From positions 57,876-121,875 of the IMG/VR virus record IMGVR_UViG_3300022879_000002: a DNA stretch of 64,000 nt, one strand, 5' to 3'. Below the pieces are notes generated by a model that ran no database searches, was not told the origin of the DNA, and worked only from the letters and a program-made list of their open reading frames with translations. The position numbers were made by a program, and so were the translations under genes. The number at the start of each line of letters is the position of its first letter. Positions within the stretch are counted from its first letter, which is position 1. This DNA is from a virus. Shown here piece after piece: positions 18,412-29,489 of the stretch.

Positions 18412-19395
18412 GTGCTCCCCTCACCACTCCTTAAAGGGGTGTTGATAATATTACTGACAGATAAACTTGAATTAGTAAATCTAAGTTTTGGTTCAAAGAA
18501 GTTGATTACCATCAAGTGTGATTATTGTGACAATATATTTAATAAAGAATATCGTAGATACTTAGAACATGGTCATTTCAATAAAGATTATTGTAAAAAG
18601 TGTATAAAAATCAAAAACGTTGAAGAATTTTTGATTAAATTAAATTCTAGTCAAACAAATGAAATTACTAAATATATGAATGACATTAATGACACCTCAT
18701 TAAGTGGAGTTTATTCAGTAGTAAATAAAGTTAATAATAAATCATACATAGGTTCATCTAAAAACATAATAAGTAGATGGAAGAACCACATAGAAGAAAT
18801 TAATAAAGGAACTCATTATTGTAATGAATTGAATTACATAGAATTAAATCAATTAGACTTCATTGTATTACACTATCCAGTAGACGTTAAAGATTTGATT
18901 GAATTAGAATACAACTATATAAATTTATTCAATACTAAAAATCCTGAGTTCGGATACAACATAATGAGTAAACGTAAAAAGAGCACTATTAAGACAGGAA
19001 GAAGATTTGAGTTAATAGAAAAACTACAAAAATCTAAACTCAATTTATCTGAGGTAGAATCTATAAAAAGAGAATTATACAAAGGTACTTCAATGAAGGT
19101 ATTATCAAAGCAGTATGGTATAAATTACTCTACAGTACAGTCAATAAAGCGTTGTTCAATTTGGAAAGAGGTATTGCCCGAATTAAATGATCAATTAAAA
19201 AGTCTAGTATATAAAGATAGTTATAAAGGCGAATCAAATGGTTGTTCAAAATTAACTGAAGTACAAGTAAAAGAAATAAAAAGTTTGTTAAGCATTAAAA
19301 ACATGACAATGACTGATATTGGTAAAAAGTACGGTGTCAGTAGGACATTAATAGGACATATAAAGAGTGGTAAGTTGTGGAGTCATGTAGTTTGA
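18412..19395 (+). CDS. free-standing GIY-YIG homing endonuclease with C-terminal HTH repeats (start uncertain, probably 18442 or later)
   Basis: SGVYSVVNKVNNKSYIGSSKNIISRWKNH; two KL(N/T)..V..IK...YG......I..IK..K.W repeats. Confidence 0.88.
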   Translation: MLPSPLLKGVLIILLTDKLELVNLSFGSKKLITIKCDYCDNIFNKEYRRYLEHGHFNKDYCKKCIKIKNVEEFLIKLNSSQTNEITKYMNDINDTSLSGVYSVVNKVNNKSYIGSSKNIISRWKNHIEEINKGTHYCNELNYIELNQLDFIVLHYPVDVKDLIELEYNYINLFNTKNPEFGYNIMSKRKKSTIKTGRRFELIEKLQKSKLNLSEVESIKRELYKGTSMKVLSKQYGINYSTVQSIKRCSIWKEVLPELNDQLKSLVYKDSYKGESNGCSKLTEVQVKEIKSLLSIKNMTMTDIGKKYGVSRTLIGHIKSGKLWSHVV

Positions 19396-19461
19396 ATTAA
19401 AGAAACAACTTAATCCTTAATTCCAAATACATAGCAAATTAATACAGACGATTTAACATTC

Positions 19462-19504
19462 GGATAGAGTTAGAGGTAGGGTTCTCCCCTTCTCTGCTCT
19501 ATCC
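19462..19504 (+). other. long GC-rich hairpin upstream of the yonK-like gene
   Basis: GGATAGAG...CTCTATCC closing an AGAGG.AGGG/CCCCTTCTCT stem. Confidence 0.7.
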
Positions 19505-19552
19505 TTTTAATTTTAATTAAAAATTAGATGAGGATATAAGGAGGATATAAAT

Positions 19553-19750
19553 ATGGCTAAGAAGACTAATCAAGTAGGATTCAAGGGTATTTTAGATGTA
19601 AATTTTGACGAAGGACTATCAACTATTACAGAAGTAACGAAAGAGGCAGAATACGTATATGACTTCTTCAAAGAACTTGCTAATTTTAATGGTAAAAGTG
19701 TAACTATTTCAATTAAAGAAGATAACGAAATTGCACCAATTGAAGAGTAA
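19553..19750 (+). CDS. yonK: YonK-family protein
   Basis: 65 aa, FKGILD...ITEVTKE...YDF...L..FNGKSVTISIKE; SPbeta synteny. Confidence 0.75.
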   Translation: MAKKTNQVGFKGILDVNFDEGLSTITEVTKEAEYVYDFFKELANFNGKSVTISIKEDNEIAPIEE

Positions 19751-19761
19751 GGAGTGATTAA

Positions 19762-20979
19762 ATGAGTTCTTATTCTTTAAAACGTAAAGTTGATGAGTCA
19801 TTTGAAGATTATCATGTGCGCTTATTTGAAGATGTACCAATCCATGAATTAAGTCCAGATGATATAACTGTACTGTTGAATCAGGAATCTGGTTTAAATT
19901 TTTCTGAATCTAAATGGCGTAAAGATTATGCTCAATATGCAAAATGGAAGCCTTATATCTTATCAAAACAGTCTTCTGGTTCTGAGTTAGATAAGTTAAC
20001 AATTAAAAAGTTAGAACTGCAAAAAGAACGCAGTAAGTTGTCTTCAGAAAAGAGTGAGTTGAATAAGTGGATTCGTGAACAAGCCCGTACTGAAAATATT
20101 TATGAGAAGATTGAACAAGCTATTAATAATCTATCCCCTATTCAAGTACCAAAGTTTGAGATCCAAGAAAGCAACCATAAACGTACAGCTATTATTGACA
20201 TTGCAGACTCACATTTTGGTAGTGAAGGTAGAATTTTAGGGTTTAATAATGAAGTATTAGCAGAATACAGCGTGGATATTTTCAAACGTAGAATGTGGGA
20301 ATTGTTAGAGCATACAATTGCTATCATTGAAAAAGAAAAGCTTACACATGTTACAGTACTAAACTTATCGGATTCAATTGATGGGTTAATTCATATGAAT
20401 CAATTACAGTTTCAACAATTGGGTGTGGCAGATCAGGTGATGCAATTCGCAGAATTTATGAGTGAATGGTTAAATACTCTATCTGAATATGTGACTATTG
20501 ATTATCGTTCTGTGTTAGGCAATCATAGCGAGAATAGATATTTGAATAGCTCTCGTGGTGAATTTGCTCAAGAAAATATGGAACGCTTAATTGTTTGGTA
20601 TTTGAAAACACGATTATGTGAAAACAAGCGAATACAAGTATATGATGCAAAATCAATCATATATTTCGATGTATTAGGTACTAAAATTTTAGCTACACAT
20701 GGGCAAGATGAGAAAAATTTAGAATCATCTATTAAAGATTACATGATGATTTATGACGTTAATGTACACCTATTTAAGACTGGACACCTACATCATTTAA
20801 ACAATAAGGTAATTGGAATGAATGGCTTACAGAATATCGAGTATATGCAATCCCCTTCTATGTGCGGAATCAATGAATATAGTATGAAGCTTAAAAAGAC
20901 AGCAAATGCAGGTACTCTGATTACAATTTTTGAAGAGAATTATGGAAAATATAATACATATGACATTCGATTTAAATAG
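19762..20979 (+). CDS. calcineurin-like metallophosphoesterase/nuclease (YonJ-like)
   Basis: DxH (IADSHFG), D (LSDSIDG), GNH (LGNHSE), THG and GHLHH motifs. Confidence 0.85.
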   Translation: MSSYSLKRKVDESFEDYHVRLFEDVPIHELSPDDITVLLNQESGLNFSESKWRKDYAQYAKWKPYILSKQSSGSELDKLTIKKLELQKERSKLSSEKSELNKWIREQARTENIYEKIEQAINNLSPIQVPKFEIQESNHKRTAIIDIADSHFGSEGRILGFNNEVLAEYSVDIFKRRMWELLEHTIAIIEKEKLTHVTVLNLSDSIDGLIHMNQLQFQQLGVADQVMQFAEFMSEWLNTLSEYVTIDYRSVLGNHSENRYLNSSRGEFAQENMERLIVWYLKTRLCENKRIQVYDAKSIIYFDVLGTKILATHGQDEKNLESSIKDYMMIYDVNVHLFKTGHLHHLNNKVIGMNGLQNIEYMQSPSMCGINEYSMKLKKTANAGTLITIFEENYGKYNTYDIRFK

Positions 20980-21128
20980 GTACTACATATGAGAATTCTA
21001 ATATTCGAAGTTAGAATTAAAGTTTATTTTTACATACTTAATTTTAAGAACTACTTAATACGGTTATTTTATTTAAATTAATACATAATAAACATGATAT
21101 TTATCTAAAGAAATGAGGTGGATGATGA

Positions 21129-21947
21129 TTGTCTACTAATAAAATAATATGTAGTGCTTGCGGAAAGCTAAATAAACAGGAGGATTATTATTCTTCGTTA
21201 TCACATTTCATGAGGTATTTTGGGAAAGTTCACACTTGCAAAAAGTGTGTTTGGGAATATGTAGAACCCACCGCAAAGAATCAATATGACATGGAAAAAG
21301 TAAAAAAAGCTTTACGAATGATAGATAAACCTTTTATTAAGGATTTATGGGAAGCATCAATTGAAGAAACAAAGTCAAAAACAAACTCTTGGACATATTT
21401 TAAAACATATATGAAGAATATAGCTCTCCCCCAAAATATTAACTTATCATGGGATGATTCAGAATTCAACTCTACAAATAATAACATAACCCATGATGAA
21501 AATTCTAATGATTTTAATGATAAAGAAAATAAATACTATAATAAAAAGTGGATGGGAGAATACTCTCCTTCTGAAATAGAATACTTAGAAGGTTATATTA
21601 ACGGATTACATAAAGATTTTAAAATTGTCACTGAAAATCATAAAGATTATGCCAAAAAGATAGCTAAAGCTAGTTTGCATATGGATAACTGTTTCAGAGA
21701 TGTATTAGAAGGTGTTAGTGGTGCAGATAAACGGTATAAAGATGCCAAAGATGTATTTGATACCCTATCAAAATCAGCGCAATTCTCTGAATCGCAACGT
21801 GGACAAAACGAAGTTGGACTTGGATGTTTCGGTCGAGTATTTGAATTAGTTGAAAATAAGACTTATATTCCTCAACATACACCGTTAAATAAAGATGATA
21901 TTGATAAAATTTTAGATGATTTTAGTCATATTTCTAAGTCTTTGTGA
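21129..21947 (+). CDS. Zn-finger protein upstream of terminase (possible small terminase)
   Basis: CSAC and CKKC motifs; position immediately before the large terminase. Confidence 0.55.
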   Translation: MSTNKIICSACGKLNKQEDYYSSLSHFMRYFGKVHTCKKCVWEYVEPTAKNQYDMEKVKKALRMIDKPFIKDLWEASIEETKSKTNSWTYFKTYMKNIALPQNINLSWDDSEFNSTNNNITHDENSNDFNDKENKYYNKKWMGEYSPSEIEYLEGYINGLHKDFKIVTENHKDYAKKIAKASLHMDNCFRDVLEGVSGADKRYKDAKDVFDTLSKSAQFSESQRGQNEVGLGCFGRVFELVENKTYIPQHTPLNKDDIDKILDDFSHISKSL

Positions 21948-21960
21948 GGTGTTGTAATAC

Positions 21961-23712
21961 ATGACATCTTACAGCAATTTCAGTCATAAAAGTAGAAAGA
22001 ATAACGATAATGCCTATAATGACTTTGATAACTCTAATAGTTATGACCCTGCAAAAATGGAAGAGATAGATGTTGAAGAGTGGGTAAAATTCATATCTTA
22101 TTATAGATACTATATTGATGAATTCGCTATCGACATCTTAGGATTGAAATTATATCCATTTCAAAGAGTAATACTTAGAGCAATGGCAAGACATGAGGAA
22201 TCAATGTTCATTGCTTCTCGTGGATTAGGAAAAAGTTATCTTTCCGCAGTATTTTTCATTTGTGTAGCAATTCTGTACCCATCAATTAAACTTGGAATAG
22301 CATCAGGTAAAGGTCAACAGAGTCGTAATGTAATTGTTCAAAAAGTAAAAGGTGAATTATATAAAAACGAAAATGTTAAGCGAGAAATAGAGAATATTAA
22401 GACTGGTTCAGATGATTGTTCTGTAATTTTTAAAAACGGTGCAGAAATACGTGCTATTGTATTAGGTCATGATGGTGAAAATGCCCGTTCATGGCGTTTC
22501 TCACAAATACTAATAGACGAAGCACGCTTGGTTTCTGATGACATCATATCTGAAATTTTAGTGCCAATGACTAAGACTAGGAGAAATACAGTTATTAATT
22601 TATCTATGATTTATGGAGATAAAATGCCTGTAGAAAAAGGAAAAATAATCTATATATCATCTGCATATTTAAAAACTTGTAATTTATATGATAGATTTGT
22701 AACTCACTACAAAAGTATGATGGGCGGAAGTAAAGAATATTTTGTATGTACTTTACCTTATCAAGTGGGAGTAAACGCAGGTATTTACTACGAAGACGAT
22801 ATTCTTAAAGAAAAATCCAAACCAAGTATGACCTCTGATAAATTTGCTTATGAATATGAGGCAGTATTTGTTGGTAATAGTAATGATAGCTACTACCCTT
22901 ATGACTTAACAGAAAATGTTAGATCGTTAGACAAAGTAGAAATAAGACAACCAAAAAAGGCTATTAATTCATATGTTATTTCACATGATGTTGCCATCTC
23001 AGATAAAGCAGGTAGTGATAATGCTTGTACAACTGTTATTAAATTAAAAGAAAAACCTAATGGGTCAATTATTAAAGAATTAGTGTACATAAAAACTCAC
23101 AATGGATTATCTTTACCTGATCAAGCTAAATATTTGAGAGAATTACTATTAAAGTTCGATAATACTAAAAAACTGGTAATAGATGTACGAGGAAATGGTG
23201 AAGCATTGCCTTCTCTTTTGGCTGAATCATGGGAGCATCCAAATGCTAATGGTGAAATGGTTGAATACCCTCCTCTAATTCCCGATGATGGAAATAGTAA
23301 GTATTCTAATATCAAGAATGCCAATCCTTTAATTAGAGAAATAGCAGCAACCAATCAATTAAATAATACAATGTATACATATATGAAAACATGCTTTGAA
23401 GATAAAAGTCTGAGGCTACCAATAAGCTCTGCTGAAGTTGATGCCGACAATAAACAAGGTAAAATTTCTAATGAGGAGTTCTTGATACATGTTAATTCTG
23501 ACTTATTAGTGCAAGAACTGAGTAATATTAAGCAAGAAATAAGTGGACATGGCAATATTTTATATAATCGAATTGCTAAAGCTACTAAACGAGATCGAGT
23601 TACAAGTTTGGGATATGCCTTGTATTACATAAAAGAATTGGAGATGGATAATAAGAATAATGTAAATTCCTCTATTGATGACTATTTATTCTTCATGCAA
23701 TCAGGATTCTAA
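21961..23712 (+). CDS. terminase large subunit
   Basis: Walker A ASRGLGKS, Walker B ILIDEAR, YISSA motif, nuclease HDVA...D and KRDRVTSL. Confidence 0.93.
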   Translation: MTSYSNFSHKSRKNNDNAYNDFDNSNSYDPAKMEEIDVEEWVKFISYYRYYIDEFAIDILGLKLYPFQRVILRAMARHEESMFIASRGLGKSYLSAVFFICVAILYPSIKLGIASGKGQQSRNVIVQKVKGELYKNENVKREIENIKTGSDDCSVIFKNGAEIRAIVLGHDGENARSWRFSQILIDEARLVSDDIISEILVPMTKTRRNTVINLSMIYGDKMPVEKGKIIYISSAYLKTCNLYDRFVTHYKSMMGGSKEYFVCTLPYQVGVNAGIYYEDDILKEKSKPSMTSDKFAYEYEAVFVGNSNDSYYPYDLTENVRSLDKVEIRQPKKAINSYVISHDVAISDKAGSDNACTTVIKLKEKPNGSIIKELVYIKTHNGLSLPDQAKYLRELLLKFDNTKKLVIDVRGNGEALPSLLAESWEHPNANGEMVEYPPLIPDDGNSKYSNIKNANPLIREIAATNQLNNTMYTYMKTCFEDKSLRLPISSAEVDADNKQGKISNEEFLIHVNSDLLVQELSNIKQEISGHGNILYNRIAKATKRDRVTSLGYALYYIKELEMDNKNNVNSSIDDYLFFMQSGF

Positions 23713-23742
23713 ATTAATAAATACATAAAGAAAGGAGGATAA

Positions 23743-25245
23743 TTGAAAATGGTTGAAGATCATGATTACAAAGAATGGATTGAAGTTGCAGGATTAACTG
23801 ATTATATAACTCAATATGGCTCTGGTTCATCATTATACGATTTAAAACTGTCAGACCTGTATAAATACTTGCAAAACCCTTATTCCAACATATCACAAAT
23901 TCAAAAATCCTCTAAGTACCTAACTAATAAGCATGGAATAATAAAAGAAGTGTTAAGGACATTTAAATCACTTCCCTCTTTAGATTACATTATTTCTTGG
24001 TCAGATGTTGATGATGAAAAGAAAATTAAAAAGTACGAACGAAGAGTAAATGATTTTCTTAAACAGATTGATATTAGAACTTTTGTAAGAGATGGATTGT
24101 TTGAAGTTGGGGAAATGGGAACTGTAGTATCTTGCTTTAGAAATAAAAAATACATACAATTCTTAGATTTAGATGATTTACGTATTAACAAACAACGCAA
24201 TGGAAGATGGATTGTTGAATATGATTTAAGCTCTATTAATAAACATAAAACAGTGAATGACAAATTAACAGTCATTGAGTCGTTACCTGAAGAAATAACA
24301 CTTGAAAAATATAATCTTTATAAAAAGAAAGGTAAAGATTATCAATACATTGAGTTAAAGAATGCTGATGTTATTAACATTGATGCAAATCGAAATGTTC
24401 CATTTGGTCTACCTTTAACTTTGGGAGCATGGTCTTCGTTATTACAGAAAGAGATCATAGATAGAGTAGAACGATCTGTTGCAGATAGATTGTTAAAAAC
24501 AATTGTTATTCTTTCAGCAGGTCACTTAGATAAAAATGGGGAAAAACCAGTTCCAAAGGAAGTTATTACGGCTTATTTTAAAGAAGTAAGTAAATTGTTT
24601 CAAAAAAAAAATGGTGGAAGTTTATCTAATCAAGATGACACTTCTGGAACAGGAACTATAGCCCTACCCCACTTCTTTAAGCTCGATACATTGAAAGTTG
24701 ATACTGAACTTTTTAAAAAAGAACTTTATGAAAAAATTGAAAATGATATTTACGCTAATTTAGGTCTGAGTCCTGCTGTTATTTGGGGCGGAGGATCGAG
24801 TGGGAATTATAGTGCAGCAACATTAAATGGTCAAAAGTTCTACCAATACATATACACTGTTTTAGAGAAATTTGAAATCATTATCAATCGATACATCAAT
24901 CAAATATTACCTAATAATGTGTCATGTCAATTTATTTTCTCAAGAACAACTATTTTTGATAAAGATAAGCATGTTGATAAATATAAGGAATTATATTTGC
25001 AAACTGGCATATCTAAATTTTGGTTAGAGTCACTTACAGGATTGCCATATGAAAATGTCATTGGCCAAGCTGAGTATGAACGTAAGATATTGAAAACTGA
25101 ACAATTCATGTACCCACCGTCAAATGCTTATACGCAAAGTGGAAACGCAAATGGTAGACCTCCAGATGATAATCCAACAAATGAGAGTACTATTAAATCA
25201 AAATCTTCAAATGGAAACAGCAATCCAAGACCTTCCACAACATAA
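23743..25245 (+). CDS. portal protein
   Basis: 500 aa directly after terminase; SPbeta yonE position. Confidence 0.75.
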   Translation: MKMVEDHDYKEWIEVAGLTDYITQYGSGSSLYDLKLSDLYKYLQNPYSNISQIQKSSKYLTNKHGIIKEVLRTFKSLPSLDYIISWSDVDDEKKIKKYERRVNDFLKQIDIRTFVRDGLFEVGEMGTVVSCFRNKKYIQFLDLDDLRINKQRNGRWIVEYDLSSINKHKTVNDKLTVIESLPEEITLEKYNLYKKKGKDYQYIELKNADVINIDANRNVPFGLPLTLGAWSSLLQKEIIDRVERSVADRLLKTIVILSAGHLDKNGEKPVPKEVITAYFKEVSKLFQKKNGGSLSNQDDTSGTGTIALPHFFKLDTLKVDTELFKKELYEKIENDIYANLGLSPAVIWGGGSSGNYSAATLNGQKFYQYIYTVLEKFEIIINRYINQILPNNVSCQFIFSRTTIFDKDKHVDKYKELYLQTGISKFWLESLTGLPYENVIGQAEYERKILKTEQFMYPPSNAYTQSGNANGRPPDDNPTNESTIKSKSSNGNSNPRPSTT

Positions 25246-25258
25246 AGGAAGTGATAAA

Positions 25259-25414
25259 ATGAAAGGTTACTCCCCCAATTTAACCAATAAAGAGAAAACT
25301 AAAGAAATATCTTCAAAAATTAAACAAGAGTTCATTGAATTAGGTACTGTGAATACAACACAAAATGAAGATATTTATCTTGAAAAATATATAAAAATAA
25401 AGATAGATAATTAA
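25259..25414 (+). CDS. small hypothetical protein (51 aa)
   Basis: AAGGAAGTG RBS then ATG at 25259. Confidence 0.45.
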   Translation: MKGYSPNLTNKEKTKEISSKIKQEFIELGTVNTTQNEDIYLEKYIKIKIDN

Positions 25415-25456
25415 TAATAAATAGTTCACTCTTTAAAAGGAGGTGAGAATTATTAA

Positions 25457-26956
25457 GTGAAAAATGTACAAGTATTAAGTACAAATATTATCGAAATCTC
25501 ACAAGCAAAAACTGATACAACTGCAAAAGAAATTATTATGCTTGTTCATAAAGTCAATAGTGTAAATGAGAACGGTTTAGATTTCCTAAAAGAATATACT
25601 GAGACTGCTATGAAATCATTAATCAATAAACCTATCGTCTGCAAATATAAAGACAACATTGATGATTTAGGTGGTCACGAGCATGTTGTGGATAATAAAA
25701 CAGGTAAAATTATTGAATTAAATACTATTCCAATAGGAACTATTACTGATGTTTGGATTGAGAAAATTAGTGAAGATGATGACACTGAAGCATTATTTGC
25801 GAAAGCTACATTATGGTCATATAAATACCCAAAAATATTAGAAGTAATTGAGCGAAATTTCAAAGTTGGTATTTGTACATCTTCTGTTGAAGTTGAGGTA
25901 CATAAATACAATGACGAAGCTTCTCAAGAATATAGATATGGGATTGACTTTACTTACTTATCCAATTGTTTACTTGGTCAATCAACATCACCTGCGGATA
26001 ACGATGCTGGAGTAATGAGTATTTCTGATAAGGAGATTGCACAAGCCATTAAACATGATTTAGAAATTAATAATGACAAGGAAGGAGGCGTTATTGTGCC
26101 TGAAGTTTTTAATAAAGGTATTGATATTAATTATCATGGAATAGAAGTAAGTGCCCTAAAACTATCCAATGTATCAACACAGATATACAACATCTTAAAT
26201 CCTCTAAATCCACAAAATAATAGTCGTCAATATAATTACTACATTAGGGATGTTTACGTTGGATATGTAATTTGTGAAAGCGAAAGAGATTATACGGAAT
26301 TATGGAAAATTCCATATTCAATTACGAATGATCAAGTCGTAATTTCATCTCAAGACAAATGGATTAAAGGTTCAATTGGATTTATTCCTGATGGTGTAAG
26401 TTTGGATGACCTACAATCCCAAGTAATTGAGCTAAATAATGAAATTACAAAATTACAAGAGGAGGTAAAGTCAAATATGAATAACGAAGAGCTACAAGCT
26501 GAGTTATCAACTAAAGAAGCTGAGATTGCTGAATTCATAATTAAAGTTGATGACTTAGAGAAGAAAGTTAAAGAACTAAGTGAGACAATCGTTTCTCAAG
26601 AATCTACAAAAAAAGAATTAGAGGTAAAAGTTACAGAACTTAATTCATCTATTGACGAATTAAGTAAGTACAAAGAACAAGTAGAAACTGCTGAAAAAGA
26701 AGCTAAAGTAAAAGAGATTAACGAAAAATACTCTAAATTGCTTCCTGATGAAGTTATGAATGCTGAAACTACGCAATCCTTAATTAATGAATTAAATGTT
26801 ACTGAATTGAATGAATTAGTAGTTAATGAAGTAGCAAAACAAAAGAATGAAATTGAAGTAAATCAAAAAGGTGATTCTGATGTTTTAATTTCATCTAAAC
26901 AACCCGAAAATTTACTTCCAAGCGATATCGTATCTAAATACGAATTATCTATTTAA
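25457..26956 (+). CDS. prohead protease/scaffold protein (YonD-like)
   Basis: GGHE...PIGTI...TSSVEV...CLLG N-terminal domain plus long coiled-coil C-terminus. Confidence 0.7.
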   Translation: MKNVQVLSTNIIEISQAKTDTTAKEIIMLVHKVNSVNENGLDFLKEYTETAMKSLINKPIVCKYKDNIDDLGGHEHVVDNKTGKIIELNTIPIGTITDVWIEKISEDDDTEALFAKATLWSYKYPKILEVIERNFKVGICTSSVEVEVHKYNDEASQEYRYGIDFTYLSNCLLGQSTSPADNDAGVMSISDKEIAQAIKHDLEINNDKEGGVIVPEVFNKGIDINYHGIEVSALKLSNVSTQIYNILNPLNPQNNSRQYNYYIRDVYVGYVICESERDYTELWKIPYSITNDQVVISSQDKWIKGSIGFIPDGVSLDDLQSQVIELNNEITKLQEEVKSNMNNEELQAELSTKEAEIAEFIIKVDDLEKKVKELSETIVSQESTKKELEVKVTELNSSIDELSKYKEQVETAEKEAKVKEINEKYSKLLPDEVMNAETTQSLINELNVTELNELVVNEVAKQKNEIEVNQKGDSDVLISSKQPENLLPSDIVSKYELSI

Positions 26957-26998
26957 TCAATTTTAAATAAGTATATACATATTAGGAGGAAATAATTA

Positions 26999-27487
26999 AT
27001 GGCTATCGATAAAACAAAAAAAGTACACGCTGTAGGTAACTTAAATTCTTCTCAAGTTCGTACAGTACCCTATGTATTCGCAAGTGAGGATTTAGAAAAC
27101 TACTCTGCTGTAGAATTATTCTACCAAGATGGAGTTCGTAAAGCAAAATACGCAACTGCTGATGCTACTGAAATTTATTTAGTACCTGCTGTAGAAGTAA
27201 CTTATGATGGTGAGGCATTCACACAGTTCTATATTGGTAAGGACGAAGGAACTCGAATCGTACAATTTGATAAAGGTGTTCGTTTTTCAACATCAAATTT
27301 TGTTCAAATTAGTGGAACTGCACCTAGCAAAGGTCAGTATGCTTCTTGGGATGCTGCTACCAAGAAATATCAACTTTCTGCAACTGTACCTGCTACTCCA
27401 GTTGGCAATAAAGTATATGAAGTTGTAGATATTGTTTCAGGTGCTTATGGTTTCGGACAAAATATGATTCGTTTGGAAACTAAGTAA
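26999..27487 (+). CDS. head decoration/minor capsid protein (yonC position)
   Basis: lies between scaffold and capsid; strong RBS. Confidence 0.55.
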   Translation: MAIDKTKKVHAVGNLNSSQVRTVPYVFASEDLENYSAVELFYQDGVRKAKYATADATEIYLVPAVEVTYDGEAFTQFYIGKDEGTRIVQFDKGVRFSTSNFVQISGTAPSKGQYASWDAATKKYQLSATVPATPVGNKVYEVVDIVSGAYGFGQNMIRLETK

Positions 27488-27525
27488 TATTAAATCAAAT
27501 TACACATAATGGAGGAAATACATAA

Positions 27526-28503
27526 ATGGCTAATAAACAATTAATCGAATTATCATCTAAAATTGCAACAAATAAAGCGAATCGTGAGGAAAAACACGAA
27601 TTCCTACAAGTAATTGATGCATTACGTCAAAAGGGAGCTACCAATCCTGTAGTACTTTGGGAAATTAATGAAATCATTACTCGTACAGCAGATGAAATTT
27701 TACGTCCTCGTGTAGATTTCTTAGACTACATTGCTGACGTAGAGCGTGTTGAACATGGTCAAAAAATCGAATTTAACGTACCTGTAAAAACTAAGTTCGC
27801 TATGAATTGGGCTTCTCGCGGAGCTACAGTTGACTATGCTCGTGTAGGAAATAAACCAAAAATCACTGCTGAACCAGAAGTACTTACTGGTGGAGCATAT
27901 TATGAGATTGACCAATTACTATCAGGTAATGTAGATGCATTTGTTGGTGTAGTAGACGCATTAGTAACAGAGATGGAAGAAAAGATCACTGGACGTATCA
28001 TCTCATTACTTGCAAATGTGATGGCTTCTGCCCCTTCTGCTAATAAATGGTCAGGCGCAGGAATTACTACTAACAATTTCAGTTCAGTAGCAAGTACTGT
28101 TCAACGATATGATCGCAATACATCGGTTATTTGTGATATTGATTTTGCTAAGAAGCTAAATGCATTAGTAGGTGCGGATTTCTTGTCGGATCGTATGAAA
28201 GAAGAGTTAAATGCTAATGGTTTATTTGGAGTAATTGACGGGTCTAAAATTGTGACATTTACAAATACATTTACTGATGACACTAACACTACTTTAGTAG
28301 CCCCTCGTAAATATGGATTTGTTGTTCCTTCAAGCAATAACGGTAAAATCGTTAAAGTTGGATTTGAAGGTGGACTGGAACAATATACTCACACAGATAT
28401 TGATTCTGAACGTGTATTCTTAAAAGTTACGCAAAAAGCATCTACCAACATTGTAAGTCCTATCCATAACATCGGTTTCTTAGAAGATACAACTTTAGCA
28501 TAA
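27526..28503 (+). CDS. major capsid protein
   Basis: 325 aa, position after scaffold/decoration genes, strong GGAGG RBS, followed by a terminator. Confidence 0.8.
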   Translation: MANKQLIELSSKIATNKANREEKHEFLQVIDALRQKGATNPVVLWEINEIITRTADEILRPRVDFLDYIADVERVEHGQKIEFNVPVKTKFAMNWASRGATVDYARVGNKPKITAEPEVLTGGAYYEIDQLLSGNVDAFVGVVDALVTEMEEKITGRIISLLANVMASAPSANKWSGAGITTNNFSSVASTVQRYDRNTSVICDIDFAKKLNALVGADFLSDRMKEELNANGLFGVIDGSKIVTFTNTFTDDTNTTLVAPRKYGFVVPSSNNGKIVKVGFEGGLEQYTHTDIDSERVFLKVTQKASTNIVSPIHNIGFLEDTTLA

Positions 28504-28521
28504 TAATAAAATAGTACATAT

Positions 28522-28550
28522 GAGTACGGTGATAAAACATCGTACTCTTT
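28522..28550 (+). terminator. intrinsic terminator after capsid gene
   Basis: GAGTACG...CGTACTC followed by TTT. Confidence 0.65.
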
Positions 28551-28583
28551 CTAATTTCGGAATATAAGGAGGATATATTTAAA

Positions 28584-29054
28584 ATGGCATTAGATAATAA
28601 GTCACTAGTCAAAATTGTAAATAAGCGTAGTACGGGATATACAGTATCACTTCCTTCAGGGGAATACTATGAATGGTTACCTGCTACAAATGACATATAT
28701 GATGAGCAAGAATTAGAATTTAAACAAGTTCAAATATTACATATGCGAAGCTCTACATTTAAAGAAGGTTATTTATTTATTGACAACGAGGAAGCTAGAA
28801 AACGCCTAGGTTTAGAAAAAGAAGAAATTAAAATCTTCACCATGTCTAGAGAAGAAATCGAAAAAATGTTAAAAGGTAATTTAACATCAATTAAAAAACT
28901 TGATAACTACAAAGAAAACAAGAGTTTAATCAGTGAAGTTATTAATGTCGCTAAAGAGTTAGGAATTGATAATCATAACAAACTAAACTATCTATCAGAA
29001 TTATCTGGAGTTCCAGTTGAAATTATCACTCAATCAAACGATAAAGAACAGTAG
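28584..29054 (+). CDS. virion morphogenesis protein (yonA position)
   Basis: SPbeta synteny. Confidence 0.55.
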   Translation: MALDNKSLVKIVNKRSTGYTVSLPSGEYYEWLPATNDIYDEQELEFKQVQILHMRSSTFKEGYLFIDNEEARKRLGLEKEEIKIFTMSREEIEKMLKGNLTSIKKLDNYKENKSLISEVINVAKELGIDNHNKLNYLSELSGVPVEIITQSNDKEQ

Positions 29055-29489
29055 GTGTATAATATGGCATCTACCTCCTATGATGAAATCTTTGATTTGT
29101 TTTTAAATAAAATCAATGACTACTATATAAAAAATCAAATCGAGATTAATATCACTTTCGCTAACGAAATTCTATTAGGATACTTGAAATCAGCTATCCC
29201 AAAATTCACTTATTCAACAAAAGAATTATCCAAAAGAGATGATGTTCTATTTCAGTTTAATATAGAACTAAATGATCTTGAGAAAGAGATTTTATCTATT
29301 CTAATGGTTGTAGAGTACCTATCTCCAAAAATGATTCGTGAAGAATTTGTTCAAAATAGACTTGGCTCAAAGGATTACACTAACTCCTCCCCTACAAATC
29401 AACTTAAACAATTACGTGAATTAAAGAAGGATGTAATAGGCGATGCAAATCTACTGATGATCGAATATTATTACAGACAAGGTGTTTAA
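29055..29489 (+). CDS. head-tail adaptor-like protein (yomZ position)
   Basis: helical ~144-aa protein after capsid genes; synteny. Confidence 0.55.
   Translation: MYNMASTSYDEIFDLFLNKINDYYIKNQIEINITFANEILLGYLKSAIPKFTYSTKELSKRDDVLFQFNIELNDLEKEILSILMVVEYLSPKMIREEFVQNRLGSKDYTNSSPTNQLKQLRELKKDVIGDANLLMIEYYYRQGV

Noticed and set aside
15305-23712. Inteins in the RNAP or terminase
   Set aside because: Lengths match uninterrupted homologues as I recall them; no C...HN-C/S/T junctions or LAGLIDADG motifs seen
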